Of a DNA stretch of 64,000 nt, positions 34,115 to 45,216 are shown piece by piece; position 1 is the first letter of the stretch, and each line of letters begins with the position of its first letter. The stretch is from positions 5,632,001-5,696,000 of the forward strand of contig CAVTTN010000002.1 of assembly GCA_963737655.1 (NCBI GenBank), in the 5' to 3' direction. This DNA comes from an uncultured Planctomycetota bacterium. Its GTDB lineage: Bacteria; Planctomycetota; Planctomycetia; Isosphaerales; Isosphaeraceae. A program made the position numbers and the translations under genes. The notes beneath the pieces were generated by a model. The model was given only the letters and a program-made list of their open reading frames with translations. It searched no databases and was not told the DNA's origin.

Positions 34115-34555
34115 ATGGCCCAGGACAACCCGTATCGACCGCCTTCGACCGGCCAGGACCAGGCCCGCCCCGGGCTCGCGACCGACGGCCTGGCGCGGGT
34201 CTGGAAGAGTCGCAAGCGGTACAGCCTCGTGCTGGTGCTCGGGTTCCTCGTGGGATTGCTGATGGTCGTCCCCCTGCCGCCGCTGGGCCTGGCCGTCTGC
34301 GTGATGTGCCTGCTCCTGCCGATCCAGTTGAAGCTCGGGGACGACGGCCGGGTCGGGTTCAAGAGCTTCCTCCGGACGCGCTGGGTCCGGCCCGATCAGA
34401 TCGCCGGCATCGGCTTCCTCAAGAGGAGGAAGCGGGGGACGGTCCACCTCCTCCCCAAGGGCCGGATCGTCTTCTACCGCTATTTCCCCGAGTTCGACGA
34501 CTTCCTCGCCACTCTCAAGAGGCTGAACCCGTCGTTCCAGTACGTCGAGGGCTAG
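34115..34555 (+). CDS. Small membrane protein (NPYxPP N-terminus, 2 TM)
   Basis: MAQDNPYRPP...YSLVLVLGFLVGLLMVVPLPPLGLAVCVMCLLLP; GGAG upstream. Confidence 0.65.
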   Translation: MAQDNPYRPPSTGQDQARPGLATDGLARVWKSRKRYSLVLVLGFLVGLLMVVPLPPLGLAVCVMCLLLPIQLKLGDDGRVGFKSFLRTRWVRPDQIAGIGFLKRRKRGTVHLLPKGRIVFYRYFPEFDDFLATLKRLNPSFQYVEG

Positions 34556-34712
34556 GGCGTCTCGGGCGACCGGCGGGCCTCCTCGGCCGTTCCGCGAGAG
34601 GGCGCGACCTCTCGGGCGTCGGACCCTGGCCGGTGGGCCGGGTCGATGTCGAGCGAATCGGTGGCGGGGTCGTCGTGGGATCGCGTCGTTCGACTCCGCA
34701 GGGGGGCCGCCG

Positions 34713-37106
34713 ATGATCGTCCTGGCGTTGGATCTGCCCGGGGGCCGGCTGGTCCTGGCCGGGCTGGGCCGGTGGGGCGTGTGGCTCGCCGCCGGGGCGG
34801 TGGCGGTCGGGCTGATCCTGCTCCTCTATCGCTACGAGCGGAAGCTCGTCTCGAGGAGGGCCGGGCTCGCCCTGCTGACGCTCCGGCTCGGCGCGGCGGC
34901 GGCCCTGGTCGCCGCGTTGTTCGAGCCGATCGCGGCCCGGACGTTCCGCGAGGCCGTCCGGGGCCGGGTAATCCTGGGCGCGGACCTCTCCGAGAGCATG
35001 GCCACGATCGACCCCGGGCGATCCCCCGAGGCGAAACTGGCCCTGGCCAAGTCGCTCGACCTGAAATCGACCGAGGAGGCCGACGGCCTGTCTCGCCGCG
35101 AGGTCGCCCGGCGGTTGCTCTCGGGCGCCTGGCCGAAGGGGATCGAGGCGGCCCACGAGGTCGAGGCCGTGGGCTTCGCCCGCGACCCCTCGGGCGATGG
35201 CTCCGTCGCCGATCTCGCGAAGCTCCTGAAGCCGCCGGAGACGCCCGACGCCCCCGACCGGCTCGCCACCGACTGGGCCCCCATCCTCGAAAAAGCCCTG
35301 AAGGACGGCCCGGCGCCGGTCGTGGGCGTGATCCTCTTGACCGACGGCCGGCAGAACGGGCCCGACCCCTCCGCCGCCCTGGCCGACAAGCTCGCCGCCC
35401 GCGGGATCCCGGTCTATCCCGTCCTGATCGGCTCGACCCGCCCGCCGATCGACGCCGCGATCGCCGCCGTGAAGGCGCCCGAGCGGGTGTCGAAGGGGGA
35501 CGTGGCCGACGTGGAAGTGACGGTCAAGATCGACGGCCCCCCGGCGGGCGCGGAGGTCGTCGTCACCCTCGATCGCCAGGGCGAATCGCCGATGAAGAAG
35601 GCGGTGCGCGTCCCGGGCGACGGCTCCCGCCCGGTCGTCGCGTTCCGGGTGCCGATGGACTCGGCCGGCTCGCAGAGCCTGGCCGCCGCCGTGGGGCCCA
35701 TCGATGGCGACATCCGCCCCGACAACGACCGCCGGCCGTTCTCCGTCGAGGTCACCGACGACCGCGCCCGCGTCCTGCTGGTCGACGCCGAGCCTCGCTG
35801 GGAATTCCAGTATCTCCGCAACGCCCTGGCGAGAGATCCTCACGTGACGGTGGAGGCGATCGTCCTCCGCCAGCCGGCCATGCCCGGCGGCGAGACCACG
35901 TACAAGACGGCCCTGCCCGCGCGGCCCGACTCCTCATCCAGGGAGCCCGATCCGCTCGGCTCCTATGACGTGATCATCCTTGGCGATCTCGGACCGGACG
36001 ACCTCTCGGCCGACGCCTGGACCCGGCTGGCCGCGTTCGCCGACGTCCGCGGGGGGACCCTGGTGATCGCCTCGGGGCCCCGGTCGCTGGCGACCCTCAC
36101 CGGGCAGGAGACGGTCAGGAAACTCCTGCCGGTGCTCGACCCGAGGCCGGCGACGATCGACCCCAACGCGGTCGATCCGGCCCATCCGACGCTCCCCCCG
36201 GGCGCGGCGATCCTGCCCTCGACGACCGCCTCGGCCGAATCGTGGCCGATGCTCCGGTTCGCGGCCGAGCCCGAGCGGAGCCTGGAAATCTGGAAGGGCC
36301 TGCCCAGGCTCCCGCTCGCCCTGGTGGGCAAGGCGAAGCCGCTGGCGACCCCCCTGGCCATGCTCGCGACCGACGAATCGGCCGTGGCGATCGCCGCCCA
36401 GCCGTTCGGCCTGGGGAAAGTGCTGTGGGTCGGCGGCGAGACGTGGCGATGGCGGTATCGCGTCGGAGATACCTATCATCATCGGTTCTGGGGCCAGGTC
36501 GTCCGGTGGGCGAACGCCGCGAAGCTCGCCGTGGGCAATTCGCTCGTGAGGTTCGGCCCGACCAGGCCGAAGGTGGGCGAGGGCGCGGCCTCGACGATCC
36601 GCGCCCAGTTCGCCGACGACGCGGCGAACGTCGGGCCCGACCTGCTCGTCGCCGCCCGGGTCTTCAAGAAGGGGAAAGACGGCCGGGCCGAGGGCGAGGC
36701 CGTCGCCGTGGTCCCGCTGAGGCCCCGGAGCGACCAGCCCCGGACGTTCGAGGCCGACGCCCCGGGCCTCCCCGCCGGGTCGTACCTCGTCCGCCTGGAA
36801 GTCCCGCAATTCGGCGCGAATTCCCCGAAGGAGGAAGCGGCCCTGGAAATCACGGCGAGGGACACGCCCGAACGGATCGAGCTGGCCGCCGACCGCGACC
36901 CGCTCGACCGCCTGGCCTCGGCCACCGGAGGCCGGGTCTTCACCGAAACCGACCTCGACGCATTGCCCGGCCTGCTCCGGGGGCGTACCCTGGAACGGGT
37001 GCGAACCGAGGAGACCTCCTTATGGGACCGCCCCTGGGCCCTCGGCCTCTTCTTCGCGATCCTGGGCCTGGAATGGGTGCTGAGGAAGAGGGCGGGTTTG
37101 CCGTGA
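34713..37106 (+). CDS. vWA-domain membrane protein with glutamine-amidotransferase-like domain
   Basis: DLSESM, LLTDGRQN, PRWEFQYLRNAL, YDVIILGD, TWRWR...FWGQ, C-terminal EWVLRKRAGL. Confidence 0.85.
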   Translation: MIVLALDLPGGRLVLAGLGRWGVWLAAGAVAVGLILLLYRYERKLVSRRAGLALLTLRLGAAAALVAALFEPIAARTFREAVRGRVILGADLSESMATIDPGRSPEAKLALAKSLDLKSTEEADGLSRREVARRLLSGAWPKGIEAAHEVEAVGFARDPSGDGSVADLAKLLKPPETPDAPDRLATDWAPILEKALKDGPAPVVGVILLTDGRQNGPDPSAALADKLAARGIPVYPVLIGSTRPPIDAAIAAVKAPERVSKGDVADVEVTVKIDGPPAGAEVVVTLDRQGESPMKKAVRVPGDGSRPVVAFRVPMDSAGSQSLAAAVGPIDGDIRPDNDRRPFSVEVTDDRARVLLVDAEPRWEFQYLRNALARDPHVTVEAIVLRQPAMPGGETTYKTALPARPDSSSREPDPLGSYDVIILGDLGPDDLSADAWTRLAAFADVRGGTLVIASGPRSLATLTGQETVRKLLPVLDPRPATIDPNAVDPAHPTLPPGAAILPSTTASAESWPMLRFAAEPERSLEIWKGLPRLPLALVGKAKPLATPLAMLATDESAVAIAAQPFGLGKVLWVGGETWRWRYRVGDTYHHRFWGQVVRWANAAKLAVGNSLVRFGPTRPKVGEGAASTIRAQFADDAANVGPDLLVAARVFKKGKDGRAEGEAVAVVPLRPRSDQPRTFEADAPGLPAGSYLVRLEVPQFGANSPKEEAALEITARDTPERIELAADRDPLDRLASATGGRVFTETDLDALPGLLRGRTLERVRTEETSLWDRPWALGLFFAILGLEWVLRKRAGLP

Positions 37107-37118
37107 GGGGAACGTCCG

Positions 37119-37313
37119 GTGAAAGTGCGCGAGGTCCTCGAGCTCGTGGAGAGGGATGGGTGGATCCTGGTCGCGACTCGGGGCAGCCATCGTCAATACA
37201 AGCATCCGACGAAGCCGGGGCGGGTGACGATCGCCGGCAAGCCCTCCGAGGACCTGGCTCCCGGGACTCTGATCAGCATTTTGAAACAGGCCCAGATCGC
37301 GGGGATTCCCTGA
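37119..37313 (+). CDS. hicA: HicA-family toxin
   Basis: DGW..VATRGSHRQYKHPTKPGRVTIAG...GTLISILKQA. Confidence 0.93.
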   Translation: MKVREVLELVERDGWILVATRGSHRQYKHPTKPGRVTIAGKPSEDLAPGTLISILKQAQIAGIP

Positions 37314-37522
37314 TGCGTTACGCCGTGGTGATCGAAAAGGCCGAAGGGAACTATTCGGCCTATGTGCCGGACCTCCCGGGCTGCGTGGCCACGGGCACGA
37401 CCGTCGAGGAAGTCGAGCGAGAGATCCGCGAGGCGATCGCCTTCCACCTGGATGGCCTCCGCGAAGATGGCGCCCAGATCCCCGAGCCGATGAGCCTCTG
37501 CGAATATGTTGAGATCTTCTGA
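37313..37522 (+). CDS. hicB: HicB-family antitoxin (short, no DNA-binding domain)
   Basis: MRYAVVIEKAEGNYSAYVPDLPGCVATG.T.EE....IREAIAFHL; TGATG coupling to hicA. Confidence 0.93.
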   Translation: MRYAVVIEKAEGNYSAYVPDLPGCVATGTTVEEVEREIREAIAFHLDGLREDGAQIPEPMSLCEYVEIF

Positions 37523-37582
37523 CGCCTCAAGCCCTCCGGTCTTCCCGATCAAGATTTCCTCCCCGGCGACGGAGCACCGCCC

Positions 37583-40500
37583 ATGACGACCGTTCCGATC
37601 GACGCCCGCTCTCTGCCCCGGCCGATCCGCGCCGGCCTGGGGCGGATCGACCGCCGGATTCGCGTCCTGGCCTTCGTCCGGGGGATCGGGGTGACGGCCC
37701 TGGTCCTGGCGTTCGTCGCCGCCCTGGGGATGGCCGTCGATTTCGCGTTCGCGATGCCCCTGGCCGCCCGGTGGGGGATCTGGGGCGCGTGGGTCGGCCT
37801 CGGCTCGCTGACCCTGCTGATTGCGGCCCTGGTGCCCCTGTTCCGGGGGCGGTCGTTCGATGACCTCGCCGCCGTGGCCGAGTCGGGGCATCCCGAGCTG
37901 GGCGAGAGGCTGACCAGCGCGGTCGACCTCCTCGGCCGCCGAGGGGCCTCCCACGGCTCGCCCGCGATGATCGCCGAGCTGGCCGAGCAGGCGTCGGCGA
38001 AGGCAAGGGCGGCGAACCTGGGCGACTCGGTCGAGGCCGGCGGGGCGATCGGCCGATTCCTGGCCGGAGCCTTGCTCGCCGCCCTCGTGATCGCCCCGGC
38101 GTTCGTCCGGCCCGACCCGTTCGAGGCGATCGGCCGGCGGTTCCTGATGCCCTGGGCCGACGTCGCCCGGGTCGGCCGGTTCGTCGTCGAGGTCAGCCCC
38201 GGCGATTCGGTCGTCGCGATCGGCTCCGACGTCGCGTTCTCGGCCACGCTCCGCCCGAGATTCGGGTCGGTCGCCCCGACCGAGCGGGCGGCCCTCGAAT
38301 GGGTCGGCGCGGACGGCCTGACGCATCGCGCCACGATGACCACGGCCGAATCGCCCGACTCGGCGTCCCGGAGCTTCCGCCTGGTCCTGCCGCGTCTCGG
38401 CGAGACGATCCGCTATCGCGTCGTCACCGACTCGGCCGACTCGAACCGCCACCGGATCGAGGCCATCGAGCCGCCGAGCGTGGCGAAGATCGTCGCGAAG
38501 GTCACGCCGCCCCCCTACACGAAGCTGGCCCCGACCGTGGCGAAGAACCCGGCGAGGATCGAGGCGTGGGAAGGATCGAATCTCGACCTGAGCATTTCCA
38601 CGAAACTGCCGATTGCGTCGGCGAAGCTGGTCTGGCCGGCGCCGCCGTCGTCCCGATCGGCCGAGGAGGCGTCGCGATCGGTCGCCCTGAAGACGTCCGA
38701 CGGGGGCAGGACGTGGACGGCGACGGTCCCGGCGGAGGTCTCGGGCCCTTACACGTTCGCTCTCGAAGATCCTCACAAGATCACCAATCGCCCCGAGCCG
38801 CCGCGAAGGCTCGTGGTGAGGCCCGACGCCCCGCCCTCGGTCGCCCTGGGCGGCCCCGACGAGCCGAGGGACGCCCGGCCCGATGACGTGATGGTCCTGG
38901 GCGTCGGGGCCCGCGACGACCTGGCCGTGACCACGTGCGAATTGCTCTATCAAATCGACCGCGCGAAGTCCTCGGGGGCCGATTCGGGGGCCGTGAAGGT
39001 GCCGCTCGACGGCCTCGGGACCAGGAATGCGCGCGGCGATGCGGCGCTGGTGCTGAAGTCCCTGGACGTGGGCCCGGGAGACGTCATCACGTATCGCATC
39101 CGGGTCACGGACAGCCTCCCCCCGCCGAAGGGGCCGAACGAGGCGACCTCGCCGCCGAGAATCCTCAAGATCGCCGAGGGCGCCGAGCCGTTGGCCTCTC
39201 GCGACCGCTCGGCGGAGCGCGAGGGGCTCCAGGAGCAGTTGGACGCGATCAAGAAGCTCGCGGCCGAGAACCGGCAGGGGGCCGAGGCCCTGCGGTACGC
39301 GGCCGACGCCGCCCTCCGGGGCAGCGGGCCGTGGGACGCGGGCCGCAAGGAGGCCCTGGACGCCCGGGAGGCCGCCGCCCGAGAGGTCGTGGACAAGCTC
39401 CACGTCCTCGCCCGCGACCTCGCCGAATCGGACGTGTTCGCCCCCCTGGAACGGCCGGCCCGGCAGGTCGCGGACGTCGAGGCGGAGGGCGGCCGTCAGA
39501 GCCTCGACGGCGCCCGACGGGCCGACGACCCGGCGAAGCGGCTCGGCGAGCTCCGCCAGGCCGACGACCGCCTCACGGCCGTCCAGCGACGCCTGGACGA
39601 GATCCAGAATCGCTTCAATGAGCTCGCGAGGGTCGAGGAGGACCGCCGCCGGCTCAGGCAGCTCGCCGAGAGGCAGGAAGTCCTCGCCGACCAGGCCGAG
39701 AAGCTCGCCGACGCCGGCCATCGCGAGGCCCTCGAACGGCTCCGCCAGGAGCAGGACCGGCTGAGGAACGAGGTGGACGAGATCGCCAGACGGTCGCCCG
39801 CCCTCAAGGCCGAGGCCCTGGCGACCCAGGCGAAGCAGGCCGACGACCTCGCCCGACGGGCCCGCCAGCTCGCCGAGAACCAGCGAGAAGAAGCCCGCCG
39901 GACCGCCGATCCGGCCGCCCGCGTGGACAAGCTCCGCGCCCTGGCCGAACGGCAGAAGCAGCTCGAGGACGACGCCCGGAGGCTGGCCATGAAGGTCGAT
40001 CGCCCCCTCGGCGAGAACGGCCGGGCCGGGCTCGATCCGTCCCCCCTGGCCCGAGCCGTCGAGCCCCTCGAACGCGGGGAGGTCGAGCAGGGCCGGCAGA
40101 GGCTCCTGGAGGCCGAGGACGCGCTCCGCCGGCTCTCGCGAGACCTCGAAGACGTCGCCGACGACCCGAAGGCCCTGGCCCGCCGCCTCGCTCGTCGCCA
40201 GGAAGAGGTGAACAATCAAGCCCATCAGGCGCGAAACGACCGGAACAATCCCGCCCCCCTGGCCGACCGCCTGAAACCCCTCCAGCAGCGTGAGGAGGCG
40301 ATCGCCAGGCTCGTCGCGGCGATCCCCGCGCCCGATCCGGCGAAGAACCAGGCGAACGAGGCCGCGAAGGCCACCGCCCGGGTCGCCGAGGACCTCAAGG
40401 GGGACCGCTCCCCCCAGGCCCAGGAGCGGGGCAACGCGGCCAAAGACGCCCTGAACCGCCTGGCCGACGCCCTGCCCGACCGCAACGCCCAGCTCGCCCA

Positions 40501-43338
40501 GACGGTCAACCGGATGAACGAGGCCAGGGCCCGGACGCAGTCCGTCTCGGCCGAGCTCGAGGACCTCCTCCGCCAGACCGCCCCCCGGCCCGACCCGAAC
40601 TTCGACCCCGAGAAGGCGGCCCGGGAGCTGGCCCAGCGGGTCTCCGCGCTCGCCGACAGGCAGGACGAGGCCGTCCGCATCCTCGCCGACCTCCCGGCCG
40701 ACCGCCGGACCGACGCCCAGAGGGAACGGGCCCTGGCCCGGGGCCGCGACCTGGCCGACGCGCTCGACGACCTCCGCGACGCCGCCCCGGCCGAGTCGAA
40801 GGCCGCCGAAGGGAAGGCCGCCGACGAGTGGCGAGTCCTCGGCGCCTTCGACGGGATGAGGCCCAATCCGCCCTTCGCCGTCGATCGGCCGATCGACCTC
40901 AAGGCCGCCTTCGAGGGTCGCAAGGGCTCGCACCCGACCTGGAGGCCGGTGAAGCCCGAGGCGGGCGGCCTGATCAACCTCGGGCAAATATATTCACGCG
41001 AGGACATGCAGTGCGCCTACGCGGCGGCCGAATTCGTCAGCCCGTCGAAGGGGAAGGGACGCCTGCTGATCGGCTCGGATGACGGGATCACGATCTGGCT
41101 GAACGGGAAGCAGGTCTTCGACCTGAACGCGTCGCGGTCCCACGCGGCGGGGCAGGATCGCGCGGACGTCGAGTTCCGCGAAGGCCCGAATCAGGTGCTC
41201 ATCCGTTGCAGCAATGGCAACGGCGAATGGATGTTCTCGGTCACGGCCGAGACGCCCAGGCCGAGCGAGCTGGCGAGGGCGACGGAGCGGGTCCAGCGGA
41301 TCCGCGAGGCCCTGCCGGCGACGAAGAGGGACGCGGTCGCCTCGATCGAACGGCTCGCGCAGAAGCTCGAGAACCGCGAGCCGGCCGACGACCGCGCGGC
41401 GGAGATCGCCGAGGCCCTGAAGCGGGAGCCGAAGGACGTCCCGCCCGCCGACGCGATGAGGCAGGCCGCGTCGGAGCTCCGCGAGCTCAAGGCCGACGAC
41501 GCCGCGCCCGAGAGGGCCGAGGCGATCCGCCGGGCCGAGCGAGCGGCCCGGCCCGAGGCGACTCCCCGGGACCGCCAGGCCGCCGCCCAGGCCGCCGAGG
41601 CCCTCGCCCGGCGGCTCTCGGGCGAGATCACCCCGGCCCAGGCGGCCCAGGCGCTCGCTCGGGCCGAGGAAGGCCTGAACGCGCCCGAGGCGAACCGCGA
41701 CGCCGAAGCGGCCATGCAGGTCCAGAGGGCCATCGCCGAGCGGGCCGCCGCCCTGCCCGAGAACGCCGAGGAACGGGCCGCCGCCGCGGCCACGAATCAG
41801 GCCGCCGCGATGGCCGAGAACGTCGCGAGGCGGCCGGACCTCGCCCCCTCTCCCGAACGGATGGCCGCCGCCCGGACCAGGGCGGCCGAGGCGCTCGACG
41901 CCCTGGCCCGCCGCCAGGAGCCGGCGTCTCCGGTCGTCGATCTGCCGAAAAATGCCCCGCCCCGGGCCCAGGCCGAGGCCCTCGCCGCCCGTCAGCGAGA
42001 GCTGGCCAACGAGGCGAAGGCCCTGGCCGAGAAGGCCGCGGCGATCCCCAGGGACGACAAGGCCGCCAGGGCCAGGGCCGACGCCGACCTCGCCGCGATC
42101 GCCCCGAGGCAAGAGGCCCTGGCCGACGCCGCCCGGGCCCTCGCCGACACCCACCCGGCCCGGTCCGACGCCCACCGCCAGGCCGAGACGCGTCGAGACG
42201 ACGCGAGGAAGGCCCAGGCGCAGGCCCTCGGCGCCATGACCGGCGCCGCCCCGAGCCGGGCCGCCGATCGAGCCAACGCGGCGGCCGAGGCGCTCGATCG
42301 GCTCGCCCAGGCGCTCCCCGATCACGCCCCGGACCCCGCCCGGGCCCGAGGGGACGCCGCCCCGCCCGACCCCGAGCTCGGCCTCGGCCCGAGACGGCCG
42401 AGGCCGCCCGCGACCTCGCCCGCCGCGAGAGGCAGATCCGCCAGGAGGTCCAGGCCGCCCTGGCCGAGCGGGTCGCCCCCCAGGAGAAGCTCCGCGACGA
42501 GGCCGCCGCCCTGGCCCGGGCCCTGGCCGGGCTCCGCGACGCGACCCGGGAGATCAGCCCCCGGGCCCACGGACCGGCCAACGCCGGGGCCGAGATCATG
42601 AGAGGGCAGGCCGTCCCCGAGATGGCCCGGGCCGGCGAGCAGCTCCACGCCGGCCACATGGAGCAGGGCCGAGACGCCCAGAGGCGATCGGCCGAGACCG
42701 TCGAGCGCGTCGCCCAGCAGGCCGAGGACACCGCCAACGCCCTCCGCGCCGACGCCCCGGCCGACGCCGCGATGGCCCAGGCCGGAGGGGCGCCCCACGA
42801 AGGCCAGGGCCAGGGCGAAGGCGAAGGCCACGCACCGGGCGAGGGCAAGCCCGACCTGACCTCCGCCCGCGAGGCCCAAAGGGCCGCCTCGAAGGGGCTG
42901 GCCGAGGCCCGCGAGGCGGCCGGCTCGCCGTCGCCGTCGGGATCGGCCTCGGCCTCGGCCGACGCGACCAAGGCCGCGTCCTCGGCGATGAGGCAGGCCG
43001 CCCAGGGCTTGCGGGCCGCCTCGGCGACGCCCTCTCGGGGGCGCGGCAAGCCCTCGGCGGAGCGCGGCGAGCCCCACATCGGCCAGGCGGAACCCTCGTC
43101 CAACCCCGACCCCCAGGGGACCGAGGCGGGCCGCGACGATCCCCATCTCGCCGAGCTGAAGGAGCAGATCAAGGCCCGGACCGGCCGCAACTGGGGCGAG
43201 CTCCCGGGCCACCTCCGCTCGGAGATCCTCCAGATGTCCCAGGGCCGTTATCGCGACGACTACGCCCGGCTGATCGGCCTCTACTTCCGCGAGATCGCCG
43301 CCGGGAAGGACGCCCCGGAGACCGGGCGGAAGCCGTGA
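37583..43338 (+). CDS. Very large membrane-anchored Ig-like plus coiled-coil protein (DUF4175-like; frameshift near 42390)
   Basis: N-terminal TMs, PELGERLTSAVDL, PPPYT, D.PP.V, long helical region; C-terminal WGELPGHLRSEILQ...YARLIGLYFREIA in the second frame. Confidence 0.8.
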
Positions 43339-43371
43339 ACCGGCGAGGGCCGACCCACCTTCTGTGGACCG

Positions 43372-43418
43372 AAACCTGTCGGGCGGGCCCGGGACGGCAG
43401 GCCGAGGCCTGCCCTTAC
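43372..43418. repeat. Degenerate GTAG-type REP (GGCAGGCCGAGGCCTGCCC family)
   Basis: GGCAGGCCGAGGCCTGCCCTTAC plus a decayed partner; AAACCTGT flank shared with the 21188 copy. Confidence 0.65.
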
Positions 43419-43442
43419 GTGAATTCTTGCGGATAGGCGATC

Positions 43443-44507
43443 ATGATCCATCCGATCCTCCTTTCGATCTCGCTGATGACGATGCCCGGGGGCGCCCCCG
43501 CCGATCGCCCGAAGGAGGTCTCGGCCGACGTCCCCCCGCCGCCGGGCGACCCTCGGGCCGATGAGGCGGTCCGCCGGGGGCTGGAGTTCCTCCGCTCGAC
43601 CCAGAAGCCCGGCGGGGCGTGGGAGTCGGGCGGGTTCGGCGAGGCCACGTCGGTCACGTCGCTGTCCGTGATGGCGTTCCTCGCCGCCGGCCACACGCCC
43701 GACGCCCCCGGCCCGTATCGCGAGGCGATCGAGCGAGGCGTCCGCTACGTCCTCAGGCAGCAGAAACCCAACGGCCTGCTGGTCTCGAACACCAGTCACG
43801 GGCCGATGTATTGTCACGGGATCAGCACGTTGATGCTGGCGGAGGTCGTCGGCATGGCCCCGGCGTCGGGCCTCTCGGCCGAGGTCCGGCCCGCCCTGAC
43901 CCGGGCGATCGGCCTCATCCTCAAGGCGCAGGCCCGGAAGAAGCCGAGGGAGCACGAGGGGGGCTGGCGATACCAGCCCGACAGCTTCGACAGCGACCTG
44001 AGCGTCACCGGCTGGCAGGTCATGGCGCTCCGGGCCGCCCGAGGGGCCGGCTGCGCCGTCCCGAGCGAGCCGATCGACCGCGCCGTCAATTACATCAAGC
44101 GCTGCGCCCACAAGGACCTGGGCGGGTTCGGCTATCAGCCCGGAGGGGGCCCGAACAACCCGAGGACCGGCACCGGCACGCTCGCCCTGGAGATCTGCGG
44201 GGACCACCTCTCGCCCGAGGCCGTCGCCGGCGCCGAATACCTGCTCAAGCATCCCCCGCAATGGCGATCCGACTACTTCTTCTACGAGGTCTACTACGCG
44301 CCCCAGGCCATGTTCCAGGTCGGCGACAAGTACTTCCAGGGATACTACCCGAAGCTGGTGAAGGTCCTGCTCGACCACCAGGACAAGGACGGGAGCTGGC
44401 TCTCCAACGACGGCCACGACCGCTCCGGAGGCCGCGCCTACTGCACGGCGACGGCCATCCTGGCGCTGGCGGTGGAGTATCGGTATCTGCCGATTTATCA
44501 GCGATAG
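43443..44507 (+). CDS. Secreted prenyltransferase/squalene-oxidase repeat protein
   Basis: Signal peptide; RGLEFLRSTQKPGGAW, MYCHGISTLMLAE, GGWRYQP..DSDLSVTGWQVMALRAA, QDKDGSW, YRYLPIYQR. Confidence 0.88.
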   Translation: MIHPILLSISLMTMPGGAPADRPKEVSADVPPPPGDPRADEAVRRGLEFLRSTQKPGGAWESGGFGEATSVTSLSVMAFLAAGHTPDAPGPYREAIERGVRYVLRQQKPNGLLVSNTSHGPMYCHGISTLMLAEVVGMAPASGLSAEVRPALTRAIGLILKAQARKKPREHEGGWRYQPDSFDSDLSVTGWQVMALRAARGAGCAVPSEPIDRAVNYIKRCAHKDLGGFGYQPGGGPNNPRTGTGTLALEICGDHLSPEAVAGAEYLLKHPPQWRSDYFFYEVYYAPQAMFQVGDKYFQGYYPKLVKVLLDHQDKDGSWLSNDGHDRSGGRAYCTATAILALAVEYRYLPIYQR

Positions 44508-44558
44508 GGGCCGTCACGCCGCGTCCCAGGCCGTCCAGGCCCCACCGTTGCGTTCGCT

Positions 44559-45008
44559 TTATCCGGCGTGGTTCATCAGCTCTTCATGGGACATATCCTT
44601 GATGTGCGTGGCGAAGTGCCAGGAATGGCCGAAGGGGTCGCGGAGCGAGGCCATGCGGTCGCCGTAGGGCTTGTCCTCGGCCGGGCTGGTCAGGGTCGCT
44701 CCGGCCTCGACGGCCCGGCTGGTCAGGGTGTCCACGTCCTCGACGTAGATCAGGAGGCTGACGGGCGAGCCTCCGAAGGCCCGGGGGCTCCGGCACTGGA
44801 TGTCCGGGTACTCGTCGGCCAGCATCAGGACCGCCCGGCCGATGCGGAACTCCGCGTGGCGGACCCGGCCCGAGGCGTCGAGCATCCGGTGGACCTCGGT
44901 CGCGCCGAAGGCGGCCTTGTAGAAGTCCAGGGCCTTCGCCGCCCCATCCACGATCAGGTACGGCACGGCCCCTTCGTATCCGTCGGGAATCGCCTTGACC
45001 TGGCCCAT
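44559..45008 (-). CDS. VOC/glyoxalase (PhnB-like) family protein
   Basis: PYLIVDGAAKALDFYKAAFGA, HAEFRIG, YGDRMASLRDPFGHSW. Confidence 0.9.
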   Translation of the reverse strand: MGQVKAIPDGYEGAVPYLIVDGAAKALDFYKAAFGATEVHRMLDASGRVRHAEFRIGRAVLMLADEYPDIQCRSPRAFGGSPVSLLIYVEDVDTLTSRAVEAGATLTSPAEDKPYGDRMASLRDPFGHSWHFATHIKDMSHEELMNHAG

Positions 45009-45216
45009 GATCGCCCTCCCTCGCCCGGTTTGAGGCCCGGCCGCCCGGCCGAGGGCCCGGGGCCGTATGAATGTTCGTATAGGATTTCGGCCGATCGGGC
45101 GGGGGACTTCAACCGATCTCCCCGGCGGATCTTCGGGGCCGATGGCGCGCCCCTTGCCGCCTCGGTATAGACTGGACGGGGGGCGAGCTGGGTTGGCCCC
45201 GCGGAGAGGGGGGGCG

